Shown piece after piece: positions 14,830 through 29,093 of a DNA stretch of 64,000 nucleotides. Position numbers and translations under genes: made by a program. The notes below the pieces were generated by a model. That model saw only the letters and a list, made by a program, of their open reading frames with translations. It did no database searches and was not told the DNA's origin. Position 1 is the stretch's first letter, and every line of letters starts with the position of its first letter. The stretch is from Eledone cirrhosa (taxonomy: Eukaryota), in contig OZ024750.1 of NCBI GenBank assembly GCA_964016885.1, positions 26,722,001-26,786,000 on the forward strand, written 5' to 3'.

Positions 14830-16370
14830 ATAATAATTGTGTCCTTCTCTAGATGGAGTTCGAAGTTACTGGGTCAAAAGATTTAGTCAAAGCCATGAAC
14901 GAATAACTGAACAACTTATCATATAGCTAAATGCTGATCAAGTGATACCCGAGTGGCTGACAAAGGGAGTGACACTTTTCTGCATAAATATTTCACTAAA
15001 CAATTGCAGACCGACAACATGCCTACCAGTATGTGGAAATTATTGCAGAATCAATGTACATGCATCTTGAAAGGTTATGAAACAAATACAAGAGGAAGAT
15101 TATTAGACTGATTATTAGACTGAGGCTTATTCTCAAGTCGAAACTGAATGGAAGGAATAAGATGGAATCTATCAATTCATGAGCGATATCACTCCTTAGA
15201 AATGGGGCAGGGTCGATGACGTGGACTATATAAGAGCTAAACAGTTTAGAACGGTAGACAAGAACGATGTGGACTAGGTATGGGGTATTTCACCCAAAGA
15301 ATGACACAGACAGATTATATATACCAAGAAAAAGAAGAGAATGGGGACTGACAGGGTGCCAAGGCAGCATTAAATCAGAAGAAATTATCATGGCATGGTA
15401 TATAAAAAATTCCACAGAACAGCTGTACAAAATAGAAGCTTCCAAAAAGAAAAAAACAAAAAAACAAACAAACACAGTACATGCATTTGAGGATGGATGA
15501 GACTGAAAGTAAATGGGCAGAAAAACAAATATGTGGTAAATTCCATAGACATGTTGAAGATAGGACAGACAGAGGAAAGAAGGTAGTTATGGATGTCTAA
15601 AAGTGATCTAAAACCCGGAAACAGCCTCCTTAATCTGTGCTGTTCAAGAACAAGCACTAAGAACTAACTACATCAAACATAGAGTACACCACACAACAGA
15701 AAGTGCTAAGTGTAGAAGTTGTGGCATGAATAGAGAAACTGTATGAAATATTACCAGTCAATGTGCACCACTAGCTCAGAAAGAATATGAAAGACGTCAA
15801 GACAACATAGCATGGAAAGTAGAGCTCGTTGAGGTAAATATGCACTTTACAGAGCAAAACATCGGTAGGAACAAAACCCTGAGATCATTATTTTAAATCA
15901 ATAATGCAAAGATTCTGTGTGATTTTGTGATGCAGTGTGACCATGAGATTGATGACAGGAGACCAGACATTGTATCAATTGAGAAAGAAAGTAAACAGTG
16001 TTGGATCATATATATAGCTTGTCCAGCTGATTAAAAGGTATGCGGTAAAGAAGGAAAAAAATTACTAGATATGATAGGTTTGCATGAGAGGATAGACAGT
16101 TCGGATCACTTACAATGATGGTGGTAATACCAATAATAGTTGGAGGCTTGGGCACATGGAGTAAAGATATTGAGAGCTACATTAAAGAAATAGGGAATGC
16201 AATACAGATGGAACGCTTACAAAACACAACATTGCTTGGAACAGCTCGAATAGCCCGGAGGGTACTCGAACAATAAGGGTAGTTATATCAGTTCACTAGT
16301 AGTGGACAGCTAACATGCTAATACATTTCCAGTGTTAGAAGTTGAGCGAAGAAACAACAAAATATTGTAA
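14830..16370 (+). mobile_element. Decayed R4/Dong-like non-LTR retrotransposon (restriction-like endonuclease type)
   Basis: Frameshifted motifs DRLYIPRK, QEQALRTNYIK, KCRSCG..ETV, RRPDIV...IACP, IPIIVGGLG and LLGTARIARRVLE. Confidence 0.8.
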
Positions 16371-17289
16371 TTATGTATAGTGTAGCAGCACCATCTAATA
16401 TTTGTGCGCCTTTACCAGACTTAAGTCGTTTGAATCTATTCGGGACATGTCAGGAAAATACATCTCTACTCTTTCTTCCCCTCAGTTTCATCTGCCACGA
16501 CAGAACTGAAAATACCACGATTATTTCTCTTCCCATTCTGTATCAATAAATAAATAAATTTATACTAAATCAAGAAGCTGACTCAGTAGCCAGCTTGACA
16601 GCCGAAATAGGTAGCACCAACAATTATTACCAGCATTAACAAGAGAAAGGCAACGACAGCAACAGAGACAATAACAACCACCCGCATCTTCGGTGAAAGA
16701 AGGCATTCGAACCCCAGCAGCCAGGCTGGCAGCCGAAATAGGAATCAGTATCAACTACCATTGCCATTAACAAGAGGAGACAAACGACAGCAGAAGTGAC
16801 AATAACAACAACAACATATATGTGTATACACCAACATCATAGCAGCAATCACTACCACTACCATTAACAAGTGGAAGCCAACTCCAGCATCAGTGACAAT
16901 AACAACTTTTGGGTATTTCCGCTGGGAACAACCCCTTGATTTCTTTTCGTACATTCATCCATTCATTCCTTTCTTTATTTGCTAACTTTCTACTTTCTTG
17001 TGTGACCCCTCCGTGCACCCCCTTGTCTTCTCTTTTCCCTTCTGTTGCCTCCATATCTGATGTAGGTGAGCTATGAGGCCTCACTCATACCAACACTTTC
17101 CCTTCCACTTACATACAGTTGTGCCTAGCACCTAGGCTGGTGACAACCAGTCACTCACCCCTGATGCCGCTTGGTGCCCCAGTCCCCGCCCCCACGCCCC
17201 ATCCTCCAACCCCTCCAGTCGACACCTGCAGCACTTGCAGCACCACGAACAAACGGAAGAGGGGCCGGAACTGTCCGGGGTGCGGCTGC

Positions 17290-18285
17290 TTCCACCACCT
17301 GTGTTGGCTTTGCCGGCGTTTCTTTCATCGGTAACCTCATGCTGCGCTCTCATCAGCAGGGTTCTCCAAAACCCAATAGATCCCTATATGATCAAGGAAC
17401 GTGACGCCGCCTGTGAGACGTGGGACCGGCTGGGACTTAGCCCAGTAGATGTCCCTCCTCCTTCTCCCCCTGCAGTAGTCATGTCCCCCCAAAGCATTTG
17501 GGATGCCATGCAGTGCAGCCTGGTCTCCGATAGGCTCATGCGCCAGCTCGACCACTACTACCTTGCCTGATTTCGCGCGGCCTCCAAAACCCACAGTGGT
17601 GCCTGGCTCCATACCTGGTTCTCCTTTCACCACAGGCACGCATTTGGACAACGATAACCTGCGAATCGGCGTTTGCTTAAGCTTGGCCTCCGGATCTGCG
17701 AGCCACAAAAATGTCGCTGTGGATCCATCATGGACTCTTTCGGCCTACACCCGCTTTCCTGTCACTACAGTGCCAGCCGCCTTCCATGCCATGCTGCCCT
17801 CAACGAACTCATAAAGACTGGTTTGTACGCTGCAGGCTTCCCTTCCCAACTTGACCCGGTGGGGCTGGACCGAGAGGACGACAAAAGACCAGACGGTATG
17901 ACCATCTTCCCGTTCCGCGGAGGCAAAACCCTCGTCTGGGCTGCTAGGTACTGCTGCCCATCGCTCTGAGGAGGCCAAACTCACCAAGTACCAGTCCCCC
18001 TCCGACAAAGAAAACTTCTGGTGTCCTTGCCCCTAGAGCTACCTCTCTATTCACCACCATAGGCCGTGTGTGCCTCTCGAGTTGGAATGGCTCTTCCAGA
18101 ACATCTCCGTCACCATCCTCCGGGGAAACGCCTTCTCCATTCTGTCCGCCGGGGCTGTGGGGGGCCAGCACTTGGGACCCCATTTGCTCACCATACGGAT
18201 TAAGACATATAACCTCTCTTTTTCTTTTATTTACTCTTTTACAATTAAAAGGTTAGTCTTACAAAATACTGAAGTAAAAAAAAAA
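17290..18285 (+). mobile_element. Decayed CRE-like non-LTR retrotransposon 3' fragment with A-tail
   Basis: SGAWL, GTHLDNDNLRIGV, ICEPQKCRCGS..D.FG.HPLSC, HAALNELIK, GLDREDDKRPDGMTIFPFRGGKTLVW and ISVTILRGNA (zinc knuckle plus RLE); poly-A near 18275. Confidence 0.78.
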
Positions 18286-19002
18286 TGAAGCAATTTATAT
18301 AGTGAAATAGAATATGAGTAATCTACTGAAGTTTAGCACAAAGAGTGTCTCGAGACACTGAACGCTAACGATAATTCCGTTAGCATCGTCGTGAAGAACG
18401 CCACTCAGACAAAATTTTCGGAGTTTTCCTCACTTTCGATTTATAATTTAACCCGGCTTGTAATGTCCTCCCTTTCTATTGCTGGATTTATTATATTATT
18501 AACATGGCAGGTCACTTTAGCAGCTGGTAAGATAATAACTGATTTGTTATTTTATTCACTTATTGAACACTTTAATTTCTTGTCTCTCCTCAAATATTTT
18601 TCTCATTTTCATTAATACTGTCATGTTGTCACCAGATCCTCCAACCTAACATTATTGTTATACTTTGGGAGGGTCATGTTGCCAATGAGAAACACACGCA
18701 CCAGTTACTTTCACTCCAATTTATTATAAATTAAATTTATAAATTTAAGAATTTATAAATTTCGGTTGGTTGGTTGGTTCTACAACCGGACGGTTATTCA
18801 TATATTGTCAAAGTTCTTTCGTCATATATTCTGTGACCCCTTCAGTGACTGGGGATTCTTTCTTTGTTTTGTGCCTCTCCTATATATATATATATATATG
18901 TCTCTTACTCCACTATAAATATATATATATCTTTGTGTTTGTGTGTGTATGTGTGTGTGAGTGTGCGTGTGTGTGCGTGCGTGTATATACATGTGTATAT
19001 GT

Positions 19003-20330
19003 CATCATTATCATCATCATTTCACGTCCGCTTTCATCTGTTAGCAAGTTTTGCGTGAGTTACATAGAACAAATTAGTACTGAAGCGTGTCTTCTGACCA
19101 ATCTGTCAGGCCAAGGTCACATCGAGTTGATTTTGAGACAAACTGAAGTGTCCTCCTCACCCTTTGTTTAGTAAGCTTTCTACGGCCGTATCTATTTCTT
19201 ACTACCAGCTGCTTTGCAGCCTGTACTGATTGCTTTTATTGTGTAGATCAGCAGGACTAAGGAGATTGTGTTTTTAAACAACTAAAGGTTTATCTCAATT
19301 ATGTTATGTATGGGATCTACAGCGGGTGAACTACCACTCACCAACCACTCTGGAGAGGTTGACCATAAATCAAACTGCAGAACCCTTCAAATGTGGAGAA
19401 GGGACAATAAGGGAGGGAGATAAGTATGAAGTTATAATTATGTGTGGGGGTTTGTTTCGCAAGCCAATGTGTAAGGGGTAGCAGTTACTAATTACTGCAT
19501 GGGGTGTATTGGTGTGAGGGATGTGGTCAACATGGTGGAGGTTGTGGCGTGATGGAGAGATATGAAGCGGGTTTAGGGACGAGTAAGAGTTAGGGATAGC
19601 TGATTAGTGTACGGGGAGTGGGGCATGTAGTGAAGGATGTGGTCGATAGATATTGGGGTCGTGTTAGAGAGATGGGTAAGGGATAGTGAGGGATAATGTT
19701 TGCTAATAGTGGTGGAGTGAACAATGGGGAGAGAAAGCAGCTACTATTGGCCAATGGTGAGGATATATAAGGTGTCTAGTGTTTGAGTGGTTCTCGAGTG
19801 TATATGTGTAGTGGATGCCGCATTGGGGAGAACAGATGGGGAAAGTAATCATAGGAGGGAGGGTGTACTTCATGGATGGGTCAGGTCATATTTTATGATT
19901 CTGGTCGGGTCTTCATTAACACAGCATAGCGCCAGCCACATCTGCCACATCTCTTGTCAGTCCATCGATTTCACTCTGTGCACCTTATAGAACTCCTGCC
20001 CACACTTTTCTGGATATCGTACACAGCCATCTCCCTGATTGTATCCCCTTCTTGTCCTCTTTCGTGCTTAGCCCTTTTGCCTCTGATGCGATTAGTTTTA
20101 GGCTTTTCAACTCTAAATCCTTGCATGTTTGAAGTTTTGTCCTTTACCATCATACGGATTCAGTTGAGGTACTCAGTACAGTTTTGAAATACTCAGTGAA
20201 GAACAGTGAAGAACAGTGATAAATAGGAGATGACTAAGGACTGAGCCCTGGTGGACATCGAACTGCACTTCATCACTCTACTGGCATCCAGCTTTTTTAT
20301 ACATGGAACAAACTGCTTTCACAAGTCATT
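19003..20330 (-). mobile_element. Highly decayed RTE-like LINE
   Basis: Minus strand near 20220-20265 reads VHQGSVLSHLLFI (RT QGxxLSP motif); a (CAT)n tail lies at ~19003-19020. Confidence 0.5.
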
Positions 20331-20339
20331 CATCTACAT

Positions 20340-21150
20340 GAAAGGTTCTCAACCCATTTCGGCCAAACGCCCCTTTTACCCCTCGAAATTACGAAACGAC
20401 CTCTACCCTATTTTTCCATTTTTCAATATACTACTGATTTTGATATCAGTAGATTACTGGGCCAAATCAAGTTATGTTAGAATCTTTAAAATATACTCGT
20501 ACGAATTAAGTACAAAAAGTTTCAGTCCAAAACAAAAGCAAACTATTTCAAATTATATATTTTAGAAAAACAGACGTGAATGTTCTCAGATTAGATCTCA
20601 GTCGAAAAAGCTTTTTTTTGTAAATTCTATATTTCACTGTTAGCTGTTGTAATATTTTGAGTGGATAGACAATTCTACAATTCAAACTGTAAAGTCAAAA
20701 TACAAAAGATGCAAATTATGAAGAATTTCTTACCTTTCTCTGAAATCACAAACTAAGGGGGAAAATAGAGCTTGCAAAATAAAATACTTAGTAGCATCGA
20801 ATGAATTGAGAAGCTTGGTGATAGTGAGAAAGAAATATCTGTATTCCTTATATATATATACATAGATAGATACACACACACATATATAAACGCGCACACA
20901 CAAACACACACACACACACAGACACACACACACACATATATACATACATATACACAAACTTCTGTGTGTGTGTGCCTTGGTTTTGGTACAGAAAGAATTT
21001 TGTTTCCAGTTTTTATTGCCACGTCAAATGCCACTGCTCTTTTCAACGACGCCAAATAACAACGCCATATATATATATATATATAAATTAAGAGAGAAAG
21101 AGGGAGGGACAGAGAGAGTAAGAAATGTGTGTGCGTTTGTGTTTGGTACA
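20340..21150 (+). mobile_element. Left part of a hAT(Charlie)-like non-autonomous DNA element
   Basis: Starts with (C/G)AAAGGTTCTCAACC; homologous to 47910-48490 (+) and 62863-63705 (-), and homology stops at this TIR. Confidence 0.6.
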
Positions 21151-21151
21151 C

Positions 21152-21203
<52 letters not shown>

Positions 21204-21419
21204 CTCTTTCTGTCTGACGTGTGAAACATCGCCGGTAAGTTTTTTGTTATTTTCTATGCAAAAAACCGATCCAATTGTTTGAAAATACACAACACTTTGT
21301 AGATTAACCCCCAAGCTGAATTGTCAGCTGGGTGGTAATCCCATTTTTCGCCTCTGTAGGGGCGAAAATTCTATTTTAAAAATTTGTTTTAAAATATCAG
21401 ATTTTACAAAGTAAAAAAC

Positions 21420-23293
21420 TTGAGCAACACTAGAACGCTAGAGAACGTTAATAGAGAAAAGAGAGAGAAAGAGGTAGATATTAACGTTATATCTGCTTCT
21501 GCTACTATGGACGTTGCCATAGATACAACTGTCACTAAAGAAAAAAATATATTAACGTTTGAAAATTTTACAATTTCTACCGCCGAAGCGGAGAAAAATG
21601 ACAATAACACACAGGAAAACACAGCAAAAAAACCCATTGACATACATATACATGAAAAAGACATCAACAACTCTACAGATACATCTACACATAAAGTTTC
21701 CAACAACGATAACATCATCATCAACAACAACACCACACAAAAAAAGAAAATGTCTTTCGGAGACACAGTCAACAAGAAACAAGATTTTATAAATCTTGAT
21801 ATCTCCAACGCAAGAGATATGCTCTAGCAAGGGAGAAAATTTGTAACTTTCGAAGAAAGAGGTGGGTTTAGAATTAACTCACCCCTTGAAATAAAGGAAG
21901 ACACAAACCGCCGATCAGTCACTTTTAGGACTGTGTCAAATCCGTCAAGAAAACCGACATTTGTTAATCAAGCAGATATAGAAGATTCTTTCAAGGAAAT
22001 TCTAGCAAATGTCGATTTTCTCCAGCGAGGAAAACAGTACGGAAGTGTTTCCGTACTGTTTAAAAGCGAGGCACTCGCCCCAAAAAACTCTGTGACACCA
22101 ATAGTGTCAAAAGCATACACCTTTTTCCCTACATACATGGGGAAAAGGACACAAAAAATAAAAATAAAAACATACCTCCAAGCATTAACATCTGGTGGAT
22201 CTTGGCTGGCTTCGTAGAGCCAGAAACAGACATAATACTTTCGATACGAAAATCTATTCGACAAAGGTGGGCGGGCACAGATTTGGAGATTCTGTTGCAA
22301 ATGAAACCGGAGAGAATCTCCAAAATACCCGAAAGAGTCGTTATTGATAATAACAACAAAATAAACATTTCGGTAGAAGGACGAACATTTCATTGCTTTC
22401 GCTGTGGTAGCACAGCTCACCTAAAAGCCTCTTGTCCACAAACACACAACAACAACATCATAAAAAAAACGCTATTACCAACACCAACACCAAAACAACC
22501 ACCACCACAAGTACAACGACAGACGAAACGAGCAACCACACCAAAACAAACAGACACTCAACCAACAACAACAGAAAAAACAGAGACAACACCCCTGAAG
22601 AACACATCCCCACTCCATCCCACTCCATCAAACACTAACACAAACACACATACCGAAACACCACCACCACCACACAACATACCCTTACCCCACACACCTG
22701 ACGATGATTATTCATCGACGGATGAAGCTGCTTCTCCTTCTTTAAGTGAAGAAGAGGGAGAACCGCGGAAATCTAAAAAACAAAAAAAGAGACACCACAA
22801 AACCCCCAAAACTCCAATCACCAACACCAACACACAACCACAGACACAAACAACAACACAAACAACACCACAGTCAAACATCCCCCTATCAGCAAAACCA
22901 GCACCAACACGACCCCAAACACAAGCACCCACCATAAAAAGAAAACTCCCGGATGAACAACAAACTAAAACAATACAACAAAAACACAAACAACAATATG
23001 CATACATCAACACAAACAACAAGAGTTTGATGGAGGTCATCTCCTAAAACCCCAAGGTGGAGACGGAGGGCAAAACTTTCGTCAATGCAGAATCGTCTCC
23101 ACACCTTAAACTTATAAGGGTTTCTATGGAAACCTATAAAGACCTAAAAATTAAATTTTCACAGGACGTGGGCAACCCCTGCCACAAACCCATCAACCGC
23201 GACCTGTTGAAAGGTTTCCCCACCCCACTCAACACCCCACCCAGCACCCAAATGGAGATTGAACAACCCGATCTCCAGGAAACGAAAAGGTAA
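21420..23293 (+). pseudogene. Tx1 ORF1 (gag-like), interrupted
   Basis: Contains CFRCGSTAHLKASC (CX2CX4HX4C) and a T/P/Q-rich tail; stops at ~21825 and ~23045 and a frameshift near 22170. Confidence 0.82.
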
Positions 23294-23334
23294 GTGCACC
23301 TTTCGTCCTTTTTCTCCAAATTTTCTTCACCAAC

Positions 23335-26300
23335 ATGGCTGGTTTACGAGTTGGAACCGTGTATGTGCGTGGCCTAGGGATGCCGTGGAAACAGGGCCAA
23401 CTTTTAAACGACCTTAGGTCACACAGTATGGATGTGATAGCCATCACCGAGTCCAGGATCCACAAGAGGTAGCAACTAACCCCCATCTTCGACGACTTTG
23501 AGATCTACGCATCTCTCTGTCAGCCAGGAGGTGGAGGTGGAGTGGCTGTTATGTTTCGGAAGAACCTGGACGTCGGAGTACAGCAAGTACACTTGGACCC
23601 GGAGGGTAGACTGGTAGTCCTAGACGTGAACAGTATCGGAGGTGGAGCCTTCAGACTGTTGGCCGTTTATGCCCCGACCGGGCAATCGCAATCACGGCCA
23701 GACTTCTTTAAGCGTCTAGAGTCTTTTCTGGGAACGTCTCGCTCCTTACTTTTAGTGGGGGACTGGAATGGTATCCTAGATGCACGATGGGACTATGTGG
23801 GAGCATGTCCCAGTAGAGCGGGGTGCAACAGCCTCAAAACTTTAATCGGCCAATTCCAACTGGCCGATAGGTATCGACTGGATTTCCCGACTGCACCACA
23901 GTGGACGTGGGTAAACCGCAGTGGGACATCTAGATCGTATTTAGATGGGTTCTTCATTAGAGAAAGGGACAAGGATATGTTAAGCTGTCCACGAATGCAC
24001 ATGGTTGCCTATTCAGATCACAAGTTAGTCGTCTGCTTAGTCAACCGTGATAGAATACATAGACAGGGTCCCGGATACTGGAAGCTGAACGTGTCGTTGC
24101 CGGCACGTAAAGCTTACAGTGAACGGATAAGTAGACTAGTCAAGCAACAGTTAACGGGAGCCATCGTCAACAATAGATGGTGGTACTCTCTCAAGAAAGC
24201 AATTAGAATAGAATCGATAGGGTATAGCAGAAAGTTAGCCTTAGAGAAAAACAGAATAGAAAGAGAACAAGTAGCCAAGGTAGAGGAGGTACTTAGAAGT
24301 GGCAACGCGGCTAGAGTGTTAGCGTCGAGAACGGCACTGGACCAGTTCTTCGATGCGAAACACGAAGGCTGCGTGGTCAGAAGCAAAACACGTGCTCTAG
24401 GAAACGAAGCAGCGAAAGCTGTCAGCTGGGCCCGAGTGGCGGAGGCAAAAAGTGGCAACAAGTCCACGATTCGGTCTTTGAAAGACCAAAACGGACGCGT
24501 GCTACTTGACCCCAAGCACATGTGCGCGGCCTTTCAGCGGCACTTTGCGCGACTGTTTGAGCAAAACGACGGTGAGCCGAACGGGGCAATGGACTTTAGT
24601 TCATACTTCGACGGCCTGCCGCGTCTCTCGAACACGGATGCCGAGTTCTGCGGAAGACCGATCAAGCTCTGGGCCGCTGCGGGAAACGCAAGTCACCCGG
24701 TATAGATGGTCTACCCTACGAATTTTACATAGGCATGCCGGACTTGTTCTCTGGCGTCCTCGAAGCCGTCTACTGCAATTGGCAGCAGAACGGGAGAATT
24801 CCCAGTTCTGCAGGCAAGGGCGTAGTAACGCTGATCAGGAAAGACGAGAACAAGGGGGACAAAATTAACAACTTCAGGCCCATAACTCTGCTCAACACAG
24901 AGTTAAAGATTTTGGCCAAGATGCTAGCGACGAGGTTGGCGCTTGTCGTCGAGAATCTGGTAGGGAAAGCGCAAACGTGTGCAATCCCGACCAGGTCCAT
25001 ACACGACAACCTCCACCTCATGCGATACATCATAGAGAGGGTGGGTAGTAAACCCGGCTTCGGTGGGGCTCTGATCAATTTGGATCAGTCTAAGGCATTC
25101 GATAGGGTCGACCATCGATACTTGGAAGCGGTTCTCAAGGCGGCCGGTTTCGGTCCCGTGTTCAGAGGATGGATCGAGGCGATGCACACCAGCATCTGCT
25201 CGAGGGTCAAGGTGAACGGCTACCTATCGGAGCCGTTCGCAATCACGCGTTCCATTCGACAGGGATGCCCTCTCTCCTCCATTCTGTATGTATTGACTCT
25301 AGAGCCACTACTGCGGAAATTGGAGCTGTTGCAGGGCATCCCTCTAGAACCGGGACTGCGCAAAGCGGCGTCGGCTTATGCCGACGACGTAACGGTAAGG
25401 GTGTCGAGCCCCTCGGAAATTGGGGTGATCGGCAACTTACTGAATGAATACGAAACGCTGACGGGAGCAAAACTAAACCCAGACAAGTCTGTCGGTTTGC
25501 AACTCGGTACGTGGAGAGGCAAACCGATGACATCCGACAGCGTCGTTGGACGCTGGACAGACGGACCGGTGAAATTGCTCGGGGTCTGGTTCGGTCCAGA
25601 CCTCCAGGTGGGGAAAAACTGGAACGAGGTCACGGCCAAGGTGTTTGCAATCACTCAGAAGTGGGCAGAGTGCAAACTGTCCTTGAAAGGTCGAGCGGAG
25701 GTGGCGAACACTTTCATAGCGTCCGTCATCTACTACCGCTTGACTGTCGTGCCTTGTCCCCGTGAACACCTCGCCAAGATGGAACGCATGCTCTTCCAGT
25801 TTCTGTGGAAGAAGCAGGCTCCGCTGGTGAGGAGATTCGTCTGCTGTCAGCACCCTTCGAACGGAGGGCTGGGAATGCCGTGGTTGATGATGCGCAAACA
25901 TGCGCTGAGGCTGCGGCATCTCCAGGTATTCCTCACCGACCCCCAACCGGTGTGGGCACCGTTTGTGAGACAGGCTTTCCCACAGCTCGTCTCGCTAACG
26001 GAGCTGCAGTCCTGGGTGAAGAAAAGACCGAAAACGATGGCCGCCTGGCACATTGAATGCGCTCACAGTCCTCTGGCAAGCGGGCGCAGCAATCAGTGGA
26101 GACTCCACCTCGACATTCTATAGAGGGATTGTACGTTACAAGGGCGACGACGTGCTCGGAGAGACTCTGGGCGTCGAAGACGATGAGCTCACCAGTCTGT
26201 TTGGTAGGACTTTCCGCCCGGGACCTATGGACAACTTCCAGAGGTCCCTGGCCTGGCAGTGCTACCGAGGAGCTCTACCGGTTCGTGACAAGATCTACAT

Positions 26301-26754
26301 ACACGGACGCCCTGGCAGGGATCCTTCCAAGAGGACGGGTCCAAGATGTGCGCAGGACATTGAAACAGTTCTGCACGCAATTGTACACTGCCCGGGCGTA
26401 AGCGACCTGTGAAACTATGCAGAACAACTGCTGTCGCGTATGGGACAAATACAGTTGACTGCCGAGTCCATAGTAAGGATCAAACCGCCAGACTCTTTCA
26501 AAAACGAAAGAGAGGCGGTTTTCCTCTGTACGGTGGCTATGGTGAAAGAAGTTATATGGTGGACGAGGTTGAGAGGACTGAGGACAGATGCCTTTCTCTC
26601 CGGACAACAATTGATTCCCTTCCTTAAGTATCACTTTAGAAGGAGAATCAGGGTGGAGAGAGAGGCACTGCACCCCAGTAAATTTACTGAAAGGTGGGTG
26701 AATGAAGCGAAAATGGCCCGAGTGATTGGGCCTTCTCTGTTTATAAGCCTATAG
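23335..26754 (+). pseudogene. Tx1 ORF2 (AP endonuclease + reverse transcriptase + C-terminal Cys/His motif), interrupted
   Basis: MAGLRVGTVYVRGL, VYAP, GDWN, SYLD, YSDH, GYWKLN, FRPITLLN, DQSKAFDRV, RQGCPLS, YADD, ETVLHAIVHC; stop near 23470, deletion/frameshift near 24670-24700, frameshift near 26055, stop near 26410. Confidence 0.92.
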
Positions 26755-27014
26755 GTTGAGGAAGAGAGCAAAAGGAAGAAAGGAGCACTTGCACAACACG
26801 CTCCTCGAGTTGAGGGTTGTTCTATCGACGGGGTATTAAACAACCCATTTGTGGCGCCTCCCCCCTATTGGAGATTTCGATTGTTGAAATTGTTTGTTTT
26901 TATATTTTTTACACGACTGTATGTAAAATCCCCGGCATGTCTTTGTATTGTCCCCTTTTCTTGTTGCGCCCTTGTGGCTAATAAAGAAATCTATCTATCT
27001 ACCTATCTATCTAG

Positions 27015-27330
27015 AATTTACTGAAAGGTGGGTGAATGAAGTGAAAATGGCCCGAGTGATTGGGCCTTCTCTGTTTATAAGCCTGTAGGTTAAAGAAGAG
27101 AGGAAAAGGAAGAAAGGAGCACTTGCATAACACGCTCCTGGAGTAGAGGATTGTTCTATCGACGGGGTATTATACAACCCATTTGTGGTGCTTCCCCCCT
27201 ATTGGGGATGTCGATTGTTGTAATTATTTGTCTTATATTTTTTACACGACTGTATGTAAAATCCCGGGCATGTCTTTGTATTGTCCCCTTTTCTTGTGGC
27301 AAATAAAGAAATCTATCTATCTATCTATCT
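27015..27330 (+). mobile_element. Second 5'-truncated copy of the Tx1 3' end, in tandem
   Basis: Matches 26681-27000 with scattered substitutions and has its own (ATCT)n tail. Confidence 0.9.
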
Positions 27331-27425
27331 CCATTAGGCGGCTCAAACATTTGGCCCGCGAACTACTTTTCTCTGACCCGTGGTAGAACTACTATTTCAT
27401 ATTGCATTATAACTGGTGAAAATAA

Positions 27426-27640
27426 GGCGGTGAGCTGGTGGAATCGTTAGCACATCTGGCGAAATGCTTAACGTTACTTCTTCCGTTTTTACATTCTGAG
27501 TTAAAATTCCGCCGATCTCAAATTTGCCTTTCATCCTTTTGGGATCAATGAATTAAGTACTAGTTGTGTACTAGGATCGATGTAATCGACTGAACCCTAA
27601 ACACCAAATTTCATGCCTTGTTCCCATAGTAGAAATGATT
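27426..27640 (+). mobile_element. tRNA-derived SINE, family B
   Basis: GGCGGTGAGCTGG..GAATCGTTAGC head, B-box-like GAGTTAAAATTCC, and the same GCCTTTCATCC..GAT.AA..AAGTAC core as family A. Confidence 0.82.
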
Positions 27641-27769
27641 ATAACGGGTGAAAATCTTCACCCACCACCACGTTTGGCCCACTGTGCCTCACCCCCAGGA
27701 CGTAATGGTCCTTTTGTGTCCTTGAGTTTGAGCCCCCTCTTCTACACACACACACATTTATATACTTTA

Positions 27770-28000
27770 CTATTTTCTGTCTCTGGACTACGCTGTGCTG
27801 GAGCATCCCCTTGGTAAGTTATGGGTACATCAAGAAACCAACAAGCATTGGTGGGAGGACAAACACAAACGCTAAGACACACAAAGACATATATACATAT
27901 ATACGACGGGCTTCTTTTAGTTTCGGTCTATCAAATCCACTCACAGGGCTATGGTCAGCCCGGGCAGTGGGACTGGACCCGGAAACATGTGTTTGGGAAG
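27770..28000 (-). mobile_element. Probable SINE, family C
   Basis: The paralogous copy at 62128-62370 (+) begins with a tRNA-like head GTAGTGTGACAAGAAACTTGCTTCCC...GGGTCCAGTCCCAC. Confidence 0.55.
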
Positions 28001-28077
28001 CACACACACACATATAGATATATATATATGTGTGTGTGTGTGTGTGTAAAATATATATATTATACACACACACACAC

Positions 28078-28145
<68 letters not shown>

Positions 28146-29093
28146 TTACACACTTACATATAAATGCATGTATATATACAAATGTATAAATGCATAGCTA
28201 TATACATACGTAAATGTATGTACGTATATATGTATGTATGTATGTAGATTTATATATATCTATATGTATGTATGCATGTAGATTTATATAAATCTATATG
28301 TATGTATGTAGATTTATATATATATATGTATGTATGTATGTAGATTTATATATATATATATAAGAATTGAAATACTAGAGTGTGTTGGAGTTAAACACCC
28401 TCTTCGTATTATAGAAATGACAGTAAAGGTATAGCTCAAACAGAGCCGAAGAATTATGAAAATAAACCAAAGAAGCCTTCAATACATCAAAAGTCTTTAT
28501 TAGCCAACAATGTTTCGTCCTATTATCAAGTAAAAAATTATCAAGTAAAAAATTATCAAGTGAAAATTGCTAAGGAAGTAAGTAACATTTTGAACCATAT
28601 TACAAATATAGTCCAATGCAAAAACTAGAGCTAAAACAGAGGTGGTGATATAGAGCGGGAATTATTGTACTATATATAATATAATATAATATAATATATT
28701 ATAATATAATATAATATAATATAATTAATAATGATAATAATAATAATGTTAAAAGGCCCAATATACATATATATATATATACATATGTACACATATATAC
28801 ATATATATCAATACACATTTCCATCAATAGAAGCACAAACTAACCCTTATTAAGAGTTTAAATATAAATAAGAATAATAATAATAAAAATAAAAATAAAA
28901 ATACAAATGAAAATAAAATTAAAATATAATACATATAATATTTACAGTATAAAATGAAGAATAAATGATTAAAAGTAAGCATAAAATATATAATAAACTA
29001 TATAATTATATAATAGATAATCTCCGGTTAATTTGCACAAACAATATAAATGTTACAATAACACTAAAATCACAATATTATAATATAATGGTA

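Larger units (their letters stand above)
21204..27012 (+). mobile_element. Near full-length Tx1/L1-clade LINE with (TATC)n tail
   Basis: ORF1 with CCHC knuckle, ORF2 with APE and RT, 3' UTR ending AATAAAGAA-(ATCT)n; flanked by (TATC)n on both sides. Confidence 0.92.
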
